Shown: piece after piece, positions 44,683 to 54,540 of the stretch
Numbering within the stretch: position 1 is the stretch's first letter
Layout of the letters: the number at the start of each line of letters is the position of its first letter
From: a virus
Direction: 5' to 3' (one strand)
IMG/VR virus record: IMGVR_UViG_3300047510_001256
Span: 64,001 to 128,000 of that record
Length of the DNA: 64,000 nucleotides
Notes under the pieces: generated by a model
Databases searched by the model: none
What the model saw: the letters and a program-made list of their open reading frames with translations, nothing else
What the model was told of the DNA's origin: nothing
Translations under genes and position numbers: made by a program

Positions 44683-45893
44683 TAGTCTCCAGCAACCCAG
44701 TTCTTAGATACATTAAAGTTAGCAACGCTAAATGATAATCTATCCACTAACTTAACCGCATTGGTTCCATTGCTGATAGCAACATAACCTTCAGGAGCAG
44801 TTATCTTATATCCATCTTCAGTTCTAAGGTAAGTTCCAAACTGCTCACCCTTCTCAAGTTTACGAACAAAAAAGTTCTTAGCATTCTGTAATGTAGTATA
44901 TAGTCCAACCGCCTTGAGTAAAGCAGTTTCATTTGATTCAATGAAATCTAATCCAGCGTATAACTTAGCGAGTTTAGCGGCTTTTGCTTTTGGTGTCTTA
45001 ACTTTATCCGCTGCTTTCTTTACCTCATCTTGAAAATATTTCTTAAAGTCATCAACAAATTTCTTAGCACTACTCACTCTTCGTCCCTGACGAACGTATG
45101 TGTTGAAATAAATTTTCAGTCTTGGTCCTACAGTCAGTTGATCGTTCTCTTCAATCTGCTTGGCAACTTCATCTAAAAAATTTCCAGCAACACGAATAAG
45201 ACTAGCTCCAGCAGTTTTCATTCGCATGAGTCTTTGCTTCTCTTGCTTTGTGATGAGAGTATCTTTTCCAAGTTGTCCAGTCTCAGCAGAGAGAACTAAA
45301 ACATCTGGGCTTTTGTTTAACTTAGATATATCATATCCAAATGTAGCATTTAAATTTTCAACTGAGTTACCTTTATATGTGGTATGAAATACCACACCTA
45401 TCTTTGCTCGCTTTGCTTTTTCATAAAATGGAGATCCTTCTGGAATAGCATATGTGATGGTATTAGGTTGAAATGTGATACATCTTTTACCATCAATGGT
45501 TTCGTATTTTTTGTCGTCAGTAAAAAGTAAATCTCCTTGAGCAACTCCTGTAATTCCAAGCGCAGGAAAATATTTTAAAGCATCCTTAAGTTTAGATACC
45601 AATCCAGGAGCATGTCCATGATTCCTATCAACATCCTCCGGAGTTATGTTTATTTTTGCGTCCTTATTAAATACAGATTTTGTTCCCACAAAGAATTGAT
45701 CTGTTCCAGGATACATACCACAAAATATAGCTGGAGCCCCATCCCATTTGGTTGTAATTTTAAAATTATTGTTTCCCTGTCCAGTAAAAGTTTTAGCAAG
45801 TAGATCTAAAAATTTAAACGCATCACTCGCACCTTGCTTACCATCAAGCAAGATACTATCTTCTAAATGTTCTAGGTGTGTGTTCTTACTCAT
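44682..45893 (-). CDS. Conserved protein (DUF6267-like) with ligase-type motifs
   Basis: NTHLEHLED; TKWDG, QGDLLF, EGYV, VKLV. Confidence 0.8.
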   Translation of the reverse strand: MSKNTHLEHLEDSILLDGKQGASDAFKFLDLLAKTFTGQGNNNFKITTKWDGAPAIFCGMYPGTDQFFVGTKSVFNKDAKINITPEDVDRNHGHAPGLVSKLKDALKYFPALGITGVAQGDLLFTDDKKYETIDGKRCITFQPNTITYAIPEGSPFYEKAKRAKIGVVFHTTYKGNSVENLNATFGYDISKLNKSPDVLVLSAETGQLGKDTLITKQEKQRLMRMKTAGASLIRVAGNFLDEVAKQIEENDQLTVGPRLKIYFNTYVRQGRRVSSAKKFVDDFKKYFQDEVKKAADKVKTPKAKAAKLAKLYAGLDFIESNETALLKAVGLYTTLQNAKNFFVRKLEKGEQFGTYLRTEDGYKITAPEGYVAISNGTNAVKLVDRLSFSVANFNVSKNWVAGD

Positions 45894-47722
45894 CTTAGGA
45901 CAGTTCTGATTCCCTTTACTTCCATTTTATTTTTTATTTGTTTATAAAATTGTTTAAAATCAGTCGTGATGAAAACTTGGAACTGAGGAGACGCAGTGAT
46001 GGCCCCTTTATATCTTACCTCCAAATTTAACAAAGGAAGATTATCAAGTCTCATAGTGTAATACAATTTGGCAGCGGATGCCGTAGGTTCAAATGCTTGA
46101 CTCTTACCATTCCAAGTTTCTAACACCATAGCACCAGGCTTCTTAATAGCACTAGGATTACCAATTGAGTTTATTCCCGAAGAAAACATAATATTAAAAA
46201 TTTCTTTCATCAAAGCTGTGCTCTTTTCATCAACTTTTCCCACAACAATTTTTCCAGTTCTCTTATCAATACTTCCCGTTCCAGTAATCAAACTAAAATA
46301 GAAGTGGGAATTTTTGACGTATTCGTTAATATCTAATCTAAAAGCAAGATCTAAAAATTCCCTAAAGTTATTAGGGTCTGACATCACACGACGAAATACT
46401 TTATCTAAAGTTTCAAAGAAAAAATTATTGGGATATTTTGTTCCTCTATATTCTTTTCCTGTAAGTGAAGCATTTTTATCATCTCCAGAGAGAGCATTGT
46501 TTAATTTAGTTTTCCAATCAGAAGCAGGTTTTGTGGGCCAGTTTGTTGGTTCTACATTATCACCTAATTTTTTTCCAGGAGGAAACAATGGAGGTGGTCC
46601 AAGTTTTACCATATAAACTTGCTTCCAAAAATTTTCTTCAGCAGTTTTCATCTCATTTTTTTCATTGCTCTGTGCTTTCAAATAAAGGTATCCAGCTTTT
46701 TGCTTACCACTTGCAGAAGCTTCACCAACCAAAGGTTTATTTAAAAGAGTTGGGTCATCATTCAAACCCGATTTTTTCTTTAAAGATATTCCCCAGTAAT
46801 ATTCAACACTATCTTTAGTAAATTTTATAATTAAATCGGACGAATTGTATGCTTTAATTAATTGATCTTTAGTAGGATCTTTTCCTTGCAACCCAGCTCG
46901 CTTGAGTTCAGCGTCCCATTTAGAACCTGTTTGAAATACTTTATTCACATTAGCATTATTTTTTCTCATTAAAAAATTAACCCAGTTAGAGACAGAAAGT
47001 GCTTTTGCTAAATTTACAATATCTCCCTCAATTAATTTTGCTTCTTTGTTACTATGCCCTATAACTTGTGTATAATTTGAATGAATTTCTTTAGTAATTT
47101 TATTAAGTGCTTCATTTCTATCAGCAACATTCATCGTATTGATGTTTGATACCGGAATAATTTTACCCATAGCAATCAAAGTTCCAGTCATCAATTCATG
47201 AGGATCTCCTTTATCCGATGTAAGACCCTTCGCATAGATCACAAAAAGATTGATTGGACTACCTTCTATATTTCCATCTTCATTGTATTTAAATGCTCTC
47301 AAATAAATTGTGTTTGCTCCGTCAGAGTAAGATGCGTTTCTAGTAAAAGCCCAATCTTCAACAACAACATTCATTAAATTCATCGCAAAGTATGACTGAT
47401 ATTCTAGTCTAATACTTTCCAAGTGTGGTCCCATAGCATTCCACACTTTACTCAATACATTATTTCTCTGATTGTTATTGTGAACAGTTATTTTTAATCC
47501 GTATCCAGACTTTTCCAACTTCCCAACAGACCTATTGTTATCTACTGGATGAGTATAGGCAAAATCATCATCAGATAAACCACTATTGTGTTGAGAAATT
47601 ACTTTAGCAATATCAATTCTCTCAGCAATAATTTTAGATTGTCTCTCGTAAAATTTTTTGGCAACATCCGATGATGGACTTATTTTCCCGACATTATTTC
47701 TAGTAAGTTTTTTTACTGCCAT
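45890..47722 (-). CDS. Large variable protein, putative PD-(D/E)XK-like nuclease
   Basis: DPHELM, YNSSDLII, GISLKKK; start reassigned to MAVKKL because the longer ORF runs through tRNA-Ser; late-like AATAAATA at 47748-47755. Confidence 0.65.
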   Translation of the reverse strand: MAVKKLTRNNVGKISPSSDVAKKFYERQSKIIAERIDIAKVISQHNSGLSDDDFAYTHPVDNNRSVGKLEKSGYGLKITVHNNNQRNNVLSKVWNAMGPHLESIRLEYQSYFAMNLMNVVVEDWAFTRNASYSDGANTIYLRAFKYNEDGNIEGSPINLFVIYAKGLTSDKGDPHELMTGTLIAMGKIIPVSNINTMNVADRNEALNKITKEIHSNYTQVIGHSNKEAKLIEGDIVNLAKALSVSNWVNFLMRKNNANVNKVFQTGSKWDAELKRAGLQGKDPTKDQLIKAYNSSDLIIKFTKDSVEYYWGISLKKKSGLNDDPTLLNKPLVGEASASGKQKAGYLYLKAQSNEKNEMKTAEENFWKQVYMVKLGPPPLFPPGKKLGDNVEPTNWPTKPASDWKTKLNNALSGDDKNASLTGKEYRGTKYPNNFFFETLDKVFRRVMSDPNNFREFLDLAFRLDINEYVKNSHFYFSLITGTGSIDKRTGKIVVGKVDEKSTALMKEIFNIMFSSGINSIGNPSAIKKPGAMVLETWNGKSQAFEPTASAAKLYYTMRLDNLPLLNLEVRYKGAITASPQFQVFITTDFKQFYKQIKNKMEVKGIRTVLR

Positions 47723-47758
47723 TCCTACAAGTACAATGCCACAGGAATATTTATTAAG

Positions 47759-47842
47759 CGGAAAGGGTGGGATTTGAACCCACGGTGCTACTAACACGGC
47801 AGTTTTCAAGACTGCTGCCATAAACCACTCGGCCACCTTTCC
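47759..47842 (-). tRNA. tRNA-Ser(TGA)
   Basis: GGAAAGG acceptor, loop CTTGAAA, long variable arm. Confidence 0.95.
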
Positions 47843-47848
47843 AATAAA

Positions 47849-48022
47849 TCACCAATGCCTGATGACACCAGCGATAATATAACAATTAGTTATAAAGTAT
47901 GTAGCGAACAAAAATGTTCTCATGATGGCAACGGCATCAGATTCTTTATCACAATCACTTGCTTTTTGACCTAATGCCTTTGCCCATATACGCCAGAGGC
48001 GTCTACAGGTCGCCTTCTTCAC
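47849..48022 (-). CDS. Small conserved membrane protein
   Basis: WRIWAKALGQK...IAGVIRHW; start uncertain. Confidence 0.7.
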   Translation of the reverse strand: MKKATCRRLWRIWAKALGQKASDCDKESDAVAIMRTFLFATYFITNCYIIAGVIRHW

Positions 48023-48407
48023 GATTCTCAGAGTAGTAGATATCAAACTGACCACCAGGATAACGCTTCTCAAGTTTCTTCACATTGCGCTCAAGAACTT
48101 CCTCAAAGGAAACTCCAAGTGCCAGAGTTGCTTGAGCAACATACCACATGATGTCACCGAGTTCAATGATCAGATGCTCGCGGTTATCTTCATTAAAAGG
48201 TTTGCCTTGGAAGATCATCTTCTTAACGATCTCAAGAAACTCACCACCCTCAGCATTAATGCCAACGCCAGCAGTAAGCAGTCGTTCAATATTGGCACCC
48301 TTACGATCCAACTCAACGAGACGATCAGAGAGGGCAACAAAATCTGTTGAAGCATCAGAAGTAACTGCGTCAACAAATGTTTCGTATCGTTTGAAATCAA
48401 TGTTCAT
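48003..48407 (-). CDS. mazG: MazG-like nucleotide pyrophosphohydrolase
   Basis: AEGGEFLEIVKK, ELGDIMWY, KLEKRYP. Confidence 0.95.
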   Translation of the reverse strand: MNIDFKRYETFVDAVTSDASTDFVALSDRLVELDRKGANIERLLTAGVGINAEGGEFLEIVKKMIFQGKPFNEDNREHLIIELGDIMWYVAQATLALGVSFEEVLERNVKKLEKRYPGGQFDIYYSENREEGDL

Positions 48408-48409
48408 GT

Positions 48410-49792
48410 TTAATAAAATTCAGAAAATTTACTTATCCTGTTCTTGTTGTCAAAGACTCCAACATTCGCATCCTCTTCTAGGAAATCAAGATCAGATGCT
48501 AGGTCGCTGTCATCTCCAACATTATAGAGCTTCATCTTCGCTCTGTCAATACCCACTTTGAACTTTCGTTTGTCTGTGGGATCGTTGTATCTGTTCTTCA
48601 ACTGCTTCACCATGATGGTGCCTTCCTGTTCTAATTCCTCTGTGGAGATTAAAGCAAACATAAAGTCAGCAGTAGCAGGAAGACCGAATGATTCGGAAGT
48701 GTCAGTCAGTTCCAGATCAGTATTACCAAATCCAGAACGAGTTGTCTGTGTAGCAGAGACCAAAGGCACCTCATACTTCACAGCAAGACCACGAAGTTCT
48801 TCAGCAATAGACTTCACGAAAGTGTAAGAGTTCACAATGGAACCTTTGAGTCTTGCTGAGTTACAGATGTTGAGATAGTCAACAAAGATGATATCCGGTT
48901 TGAATTCTTTCTTAAGAGAAAGTTCATTCAGCAATGCTTGGAAGTGTCCAGCATGTGCTGATGCTGTTGGATACTCTTTGATGATCAATCTACCACGAGT
49001 CTTGCGACTCAGTTCTTCAACAGAACTTTTGAAACGATGCTCAGGAATGCTCACCAGATCCTTGATGTTAGTGTCAAGAAGGTGGGCGTCAATCCGTTCA
49101 GCAATCTTTTCCTCTGCCATCTCTAGAGTGATGTAGAGGACGTTGTAACCATCCATCAAACACGATCCTGCCATGTGGCACATGAACAGAGATTTACCAA
49201 CACCAGTGCCAGCAAGGGCAATGTTCAGTGTCTTCTTAGGCAGTCCACCTTTAGTGATGTAATTAAAGGTGTCAAGATCAAAGGCGATCTTCTCTTCTGT
49301 TTGATGATAGAAGTTGTATCGTTGATCAATACAATCTAGATAGTCGTGTCCGATGTGTTCATCAAACGATACTCCCAGGGCCTCTTGTAGGATACTTGGG
49401 ATCGCATCCTTTGATAGTTTTTTATCACTTCCTTCCGCGATCTTGACTGACTTGAGTAAAGCATTGTAGATTGCTCGCTCCTGACACCATTTCTCTGTGG
49501 CATCAACGAGCCAGGAATAATCAATCTCAGTATCCGAGAATGCCTTGACCATCTCCACAGAGTTTTTAAGATCGTCTTCAAAGACATCTTTACGAGAGTT
49601 AAGTTGAAGAATGACAACTTCTTTCGTCGGGATCTTGTCGTATTTGGTAGAGAAATCATAGATCTCTTCATAGATAAATTTTTCAACTTGTTCAGCAAAA
49701 TAGTCTGGTTTGATATGAGGAATGACTTTACGATAGTATACGGGATCATTCAGCAAGTTGCGAAGAATCGTATTCTCAAGTCGTTCACTCAT
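48410..49792 (-). CDS. gp41: Replicative helicase (T4 gp41)
   Basis: AGTGVGKS, TLEMAEE, FVDYL, SATQT, KNRY. Confidence 0.96.
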   Translation of the reverse strand: MSERLENTILRNLLNDPVYYRKVIPHIKPDYFAEQVEKFIYEEIYDFSTKYDKIPTKEVVILQLNSRKDVFEDDLKNSVEMVKAFSDTEIDYSWLVDATEKWCQERAIYNALLKSVKIAEGSDKKLSKDAIPSILQEALGVSFDEHIGHDYLDCIDQRYNFYHQTEEKIAFDLDTFNYITKGGLPKKTLNIALAGTGVGKSLFMCHMAGSCLMDGYNVLYITLEMAEEKIAERIDAHLLDTNIKDLVSIPEHRFKSSVEELSRKTRGRLIIKEYPTASAHAGHFQALLNELSLKKEFKPDIIFVDYLNICNSARLKGSIVNSYTFVKSIAEELRGLAVKYEVPLVSATQTTRSGFGNTDLELTDTSESFGLPATADFMFALISTEELEQEGTIMVKQLKNRYNDPTDKRKFKVGIDRAKMKLYNVGDDSDLASDLDFLEEDANVGVFDNKNRISKFSEFY

Positions 49793-50792
49793 CGTCATCT
49801 ACTCCATACTTAAATTGTTTTGAGATCGCAGTATCAATCTGTTCCAGGACTTCAGGTGTGAAGAACTTTTCAGGATCCTTCATGATCTCCTTACCCCAGA
49901 ACTTCTTGCCATCAATCTCGTAGCGACCACCACTGCTGGGCCACGGAGCATAGTCTAGCAGACCATGATACCTTTGTAAACCCCTTGCGTCAAAGAAGAG
50001 TTGGACCTCTGCCTTGGATCCTTCCTTTGTCAGACGGGACTTTTTCGCCTCGCATTTAATAATGTTTCCGACATGTTCTGTTCCATCTTTCTCTTTCTTC
50101 TTTGATAAGAAGATAATAGTAGAAGAGGCATACTTAAGACCGCTACCACCGCCCATCTCTTTAGTAGGAACATAGGAACCAATTACATCGTAGGTGTGAT
50201 TTGTCATTAACATGGGGATACCTGCCTTACCAAGTTTCATTGTAAGAACTCGGAAGGTAGATTTTACAATCTGTGACTTGGTGAAGTCTCTAGCTTCACT
50301 GCCTTTGATTGCGTCATCAACTTCTTTCTGAGTTGGCAGATTGCCTAGACTATCTAGGACAAACATCATGGGTTTCTTTTCATCTTGCTTCAGATAGTTC
50401 TCAACAATTTTGATTGAGACCTCACGGAATTCTTGAATAGTTTCTACAGGATATAGTAATACGCGAGAAGTATCAATACCTCTAGACTCAAACATGTCAC
50501 TGGAAATAGCAGACTCGCTTTCAAAATAAACGACCATGCCATCAGGATTACTATCAAGGAAATACCTAACGACACTAAGACAAAAATAAGTCTTCCCAAC
50601 GCCGCTCTCTCCTGCCAAAGCGGTGATCTTGTTTGAAGGAATGCCTCCAAAAATTGAACCACTAACGATGGCATTGAGCATGTAAGAACCAGTATCAACG
50701 AAACCGCTGATGTCGCCAGCAGCAACTCCATCGGATACGAATCCAACATATTCATTTTTACTTTCTTTGACTATTTGATTTAAGAATTCCAT
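49785..50792 (-). CDS. uvsX: RecA-like recombinase
   Basis: GESGVGKT, VLDSLG, MGGGSGLKYA. Confidence 0.95.
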   Translation of the reverse strand: MEFLNQIVKESKNEYVGFVSDGVAAGDISGFVDTGSYMLNAIVSGSIFGGIPSNKITALAGESGVGKTYFCLSVVRYFLDSNPDGMVVYFESESAISSDMFESRGIDTSRVLLYPVETIQEFREVSIKIVENYLKQDEKKPMMFVLDSLGNLPTQKEVDDAIKGSEARDFTKSQIVKSTFRVLTMKLGKAGIPMLMTNHTYDVIGSYVPTKEMGGGSGLKYASSTIIFLSKKKEKDGTEHVGNIIKCEAKKSRLTKEGSKAEVQLFFDARGLQRYHGLLDYAPWPSSGGRYEIDGKKFWGKEIMKDPEKFFTPEVLEQIDTAISKQFKYGVDDDE

Positions 50793-50794
50793 AT

Positions 50795-53296
50795 TTAAAA
50801 GAAGCTAAGAACAGAAGTTGTTTTTTCAGATTTCCACCCAATACATTCTAGCACATTCTGAACTGGTTTGAGAAACTTCTTCTCAAATTGTAGGGAGTAG
50901 TCAACATACTTCTCAAGATTAAACTCCTTTGGAATCTCACCAAAGAAAGCAATCACTGCTTCACCAATTGGATTTGGATCTTTAAGATAAACGTATTTGA
51001 CTTTCTCACCCTCTTGGATGGATTGGTATTTGTATTCAATTTTATGTTTTTTAAGAAGGTAATTATAGATCAGAGATCCCTTGACGGCAATTGGTGTGCC
51101 AGTCTTCTCACCTTTCTTGTAGATTGTATAAGGACTACGATACTTTGCCAGATTATTTACGCCGCTAGGAGTAGCAATCGCAGCATAGTTTTGTGTCTTG
51201 GTATCCTTCTTGACTTCAGCAATGTAATCAATCAGATCTTCATTTGTTTTGTTGATGATGATCTGATATGCCTGATACAATTTGTCTCTGAAGTATTGTG
51301 GAGTTGAGGATCGTGCGGTCTCAAGACCACAGATCTTCAGTTTAGGTTGCTTGTATCTAACACCCTCGCTGTCCCATACATTCAAGGCATAGCGTTTCTT
51401 GGCAGTCCAGAATCCGCGACTAGCGATGTTCTCTCGCTTCATCTTCATCTTCTGTTCGTATGCGTTCACATACTCTGCCAGCGTTTGGTAAGAACTTTCA
51501 ATAAAAGGTTCAAGTTCCATCGCACACACCTTGTCAAGGAAATTAACAATTTCCTCATCAGTTTTTTCTCTTCCTTGGAGTATACATTTGACAAAAGGAC
51601 CAAGGTTAAGATACATGGAATCAGTATCCATAGCAACGACATAATCTTCTCCATCAGTTTTGAGAATCTTATTGAGATGTGCGTTCATACACTTCTCAAT
51701 CCAGCGAATAGAAAGCTGACCAGACAAAGTAATTGCTTCAGCAATCTCCAGCATATAATAGCGGAAGTGCTGGTTTCCAATCGCACCATAGGCAGAGTTG
51801 AGTGAGATCTTCTTTGCCATCTGAATGTTATTGTAGCGAGCAATATCTTTCATCAACTGAATTGTTGGTGTCTTTTCATATTGCTTCTTTGCCTCAAGCA
51901 TCTTCTTCTTATAGATCACACGCTCATCATACATCTTCTTCATCATCTTAGGGAGAAACCCTTGCTTGGTTGTATCGTAATACGTTCCATTGGCGCAGAG
52001 AGTTTTATCCTCAAGATCAGAAAGATTCAGTTCTTGATTAAGCAGTTTGTCTACATTGACAGAAGGATGACGCTGTGGCAGTAGAGTCTCTGGGGAAAGA
52101 TTATACTGCATGATCAAGTGAGGATACAGAGAGTTAAGGTCAAAGGAAATTACCCAGTCATAAATGCCGGGAATAGGTTCCTTGACATATGCTCCAGCAT
52201 ACTTCTTGTCTTTCTCTGATTCAGACTTAGGTGGAATGGCAACTTTATTCTTCAGCAATTCAATGTAAATGTAGTTGTCCCACATACGAACCTGCGAGAA
52301 TACATCCTCAAAGTTTACCTTTGCGTCGTATGCCATAGTGAACGCAAGGTCAAGAAGCTTCATCTTGTCATCAAGTTGATCAACAAGGCGAACGTCATGA
52401 ATGTTATATTCAATAAACTTCTGCCAGTCTTTGGTATAGAACTCTTTGAACGTATCGTATTCAGAGTGATCTAGTTTTGTAGCACCAAGTTCCACAAAGC
52501 AGATGTGATTCAAAGCATATGATTCTTGATTAGTATAAGTAAACTTTTTGTAAAGTTGAATGTAATCAAGAATAGACATGCCAAGAATATCACATGCTGT
52601 CTGCTCTTTATTATTGATTTCAATCTTGCGAGTTGAAACAAGTCTCCACGGCGAAAGCATCCGAAGATACTTGTCACCAAGAATTCTAGTAATACGATTG
52701 GCGATGTAGGGCATGTCAAAGAACTCTACGTTCCAACCTGTGATCACATCAGGATAATTCTCTACCCACCAGTGAACAAAGTTGGTGAGCATTGCCTGCT
52801 CATCTTTGAAATGTAGATAATCTACATCGTCAAACTTATTGTCAAATGGTTTTGCTCCCCAGACAGTGATGCGACCACTATAAGAGTCCTTCAAACTAAT
52901 GGACAGGATTGCTTGGTCTGCTGTTTCAATATCTGGGAAACCATTTTCTGCTGCTGTCTCAATGTCAATATTAAATACACGGATCAGAGAAGCATCGTAT
53001 TTAATCTCATCCTCAGGATGTTCCTCGGCAATGTATTGATAGAGATAGCGTGTGTTTCCATAGACGGGAACATCTGTTTTAGAACAACGCTTTACAAAGT
53101 CCTTTGCTTCCTCAATAGATCCTTGAGGAACAGGGGAAATGAGTTCACCTTGTAATGTTTTCCACTCGGAATAATTACGCGATTTGATATAGAGAGTAGG
53201 GGCAAAAGGAACCTTCTCAGTAATCCTCTTCCCCCCCTGATACCCCACCACCAGCAGGCGGTTCCCCGCCTGTTCTATCTTCGTGTAAAACTTCAT
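50795..53296 (-). CDS. gp43: Family B DNA polymerase (T4 gp43)
   Basis: DIET exonuclease, SFDLNSLYPH, KISLNSAYG, DTDS. Confidence 0.98.
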   Translation of the reverse strand: MKFYTKIEQAGNRLLVVGYQGGKRITEKVPFAPTLYIKSRNYSEWKTLQGELISPVPQGSIEEAKDFVKRCSKTDVPVYGNTRYLYQYIAEEHPEDEIKYDASLIRVFNIDIETAAENGFPDIETADQAILSISLKDSYSGRITVWGAKPFDNKFDDVDYLHFKDEQAMLTNFVHWWVENYPDVITGWNVEFFDMPYIANRITRILGDKYLRMLSPWRLVSTRKIEINNKEQTACDILGMSILDYIQLYKKFTYTNQESYALNHICFVELGATKLDHSEYDTFKEFYTKDWQKFIEYNIHDVRLVDQLDDKMKLLDLAFTMAYDAKVNFEDVFSQVRMWDNYIYIELLKNKVAIPPKSESEKDKKYAGAYVKEPIPGIYDWVISFDLNSLYPHLIMQYNLSPETLLPQRHPSVNVDKLLNQELNLSDLEDKTLCANGTYYDTTKQGFLPKMMKKMYDERVIYKKKMLEAKKQYEKTPTIQLMKDIARYNNIQMAKKISLNSAYGAIGNQHFRYYMLEIAEAITLSGQLSIRWIEKCMNAHLNKILKTDGEDYVVAMDTDSMYLNLGPFVKCILQGREKTDEEIVNFLDKVCAMELEPFIESSYQTLAEYVNAYEQKMKMKRENIASRGFWTAKKRYALNVWDSEGVRYKQPKLKICGLETARSSTPQYFRDKLYQAYQIIINKTNEDLIDYIAEVKKDTKTQNYAAIATPSGVNNLAKYRSPYTIYKKGEKTGTPIAVKGSLIYNYLLKKHKIEYKYQSIQEGEKVKYVYLKDPNPIGEAVIAFFGEIPKEFNLEKYVDYSLQFEKKFLKPVQNVLECIGWKSEKTTSVLSFF

Positions 53297-53537
53297 GATA
53301 TGTAAGATACGCTGCTTTTAACTCTGGACCCGGTTCTATCATAGTATCACAATCCATGAACCGGATGGCGCATTGTGACACTTGGTAATCTGGTATGTAT
53401 CTCACCAGTTCTTGATCTTTGACAATCATTGGAGACTTCAGCAGAAGATCTGGATCACCAATTTCGGTTTCCAATTCTTCTGCCTCAGCTATGATCCAAT
53501 CACTCTTCAGTTTCAGCAGGAGTATCAGTTGACTCAT
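53217..53537 (-). CDS. Hypothetical protein (Sm-like family upstream of gp43)
   Basis: Usual position before gp43; 3' end overlaps gp43 by 80 nt. Confidence 0.7.
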   Translation of the reverse strand: MSQLILLLKLKSDWIIAEAEELETEIGDPDLLLKSPMIVKDQELVRYIPDYQVSQCAIRFMDCDTMIEPGPELKAAYLTYHEVLHEDRTGGEPPAGGGVSGGEEDY

Positions 53538-53871
53538 CTTCGGGGATCTCATCTACAATATCGACAGAATTAAAGTATTCAATTTTTTCAGCAAAGGCAG
53601 CATCAAGATTTGGATCTGGTGCTGTAACACAAACAACCGCATCATAAGGAACTCGGAAAACTCTGTCGAGAGTAAATGGATTCCAACGAGCAAATCTTAC
53701 CTTACTTCTATCAGCAGGATCTTCAGCTTCAGGATTTTCGTAAAGCTCTAGAGCAAAAGGATCACTCAATTGAAGACCAACTCCTTTTCTATCATCTCCT
53801 TCGCCTTGATAAATTTCGCGCACTTCACAGATAATATTCTGTCCAGTTTTCAACGTAACAATGGATGCCAT
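53500..53871 (-). CDS. Conserved hypothetical protein
   Basis: LKTGQNII...WNPF; has its own promoter. Confidence 0.8.
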   Translation of the reverse strand: MASIVTLKTGQNIICEVREIYQGEGDDRKGVGLQLSDPFALELYENPEAEDPADRSKVRFARWNPFTLDRVFRVPYDAVVCVTAPDPNLDAAFAEKIEYFNSVDIVDEIPEDESTDTPAETEE

Positions 53872-53894
53872 AATAGTATTCAAACCTCTTAATT

Positions 53895-53930
53895 AGTATA
53901 GCAAAAAATATGGGGGGCGTCAAGCCCCCC
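53895..53930 (-). terminator. hsp20 terminator whose loop carries the -35 of the next promoter
   Basis: GGGGGGC-TTGAC-GCCCCCC-ATATTTTTT; TTGACG-17-TATACT. Confidence 0.8.
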
Positions 53931-53939
53931 TGAGTTTAT

Positions 53940-54374
53940 TTAGAACCAGTCTTTTCTTTTGTGATGATCAGGAACAATCTTACCCAACATGATTGTTAAG
54001 AGCCCATCCTCAAATTCAACTGATCTAACTTCCGTTTCATCTGTGAGGGTCCAAGATCTGGTGAAAGATCTTTGAGCCATTCCTCTGTGGATAAACGTTG
54101 TGTCTGTTTCTCTGTCTTCTTTTTGTCCTTCCACGAATAGTTTTCCATCTTGGGTATACACGTTAACTTCTTTTTTCTTAAATCCAGCCAACGCAATCTC
54201 AAGTCTAGACTCTACATTACTAATTTCAATGTGATTGTATGGTGGATAGTTGGATGACGTTTCGTGAAGAGTGAAAATTCTATTGAAGTATTCGTCCATA
54301 CCGATGGTATTTTTCGTGATCTTATCCATGAGGACAGGAAGATCATTAGCAGTATAACGCATTAAAGTGTTCAT
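53940..54374 (-). CDS. hsp20: Small heat-shock protein
   Basis: NYPPYN, LEIALAGF, HRGMAQRSF, FEDGLL; AAGGAG SD; start reassigned to MNTLMRY. Confidence 0.95.
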   Translation of the reverse strand: MNTLMRYTANDLPVLMDKITKNTIGMDEYFNRIFTLHETSSNYPPYNHIEISNVESRLEIALAGFKKKEVNVYTQDGKLFVEGQKEDRETDTTFIHRGMAQRSFTRSWTLTDETEVRSVEFEDGLLTIMLGKIVPDHHKRKDWF

Positions 54375-54540
54375 TGTTTTTTTTCTCCTTGATAAGCGAG
54401 TGTGTGAATTAGGATCCCTAAGGCATCCGTAGCGTATGGGGGGTGATACCACCTCTCTCCCATCACTACTAATTTATCACACTTTTCAAATTTTCACAAC
54501 CACTGAAAATTACGGATTACTGAAAAATTTAGTTCGGTTC

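Noticed and set aside
47723-47836. N-terminal extension of the 648-aa ORF; likewise ORFs 27079..27312 and the 5' part of 29946..30296
   Set aside because: They run through tRNA genes
35853-53296. Introns, inteins or homing endonucleases in nrdA, nrdB, gp41 or gp43
   Set aside because: All are of normal length and uninterrupted
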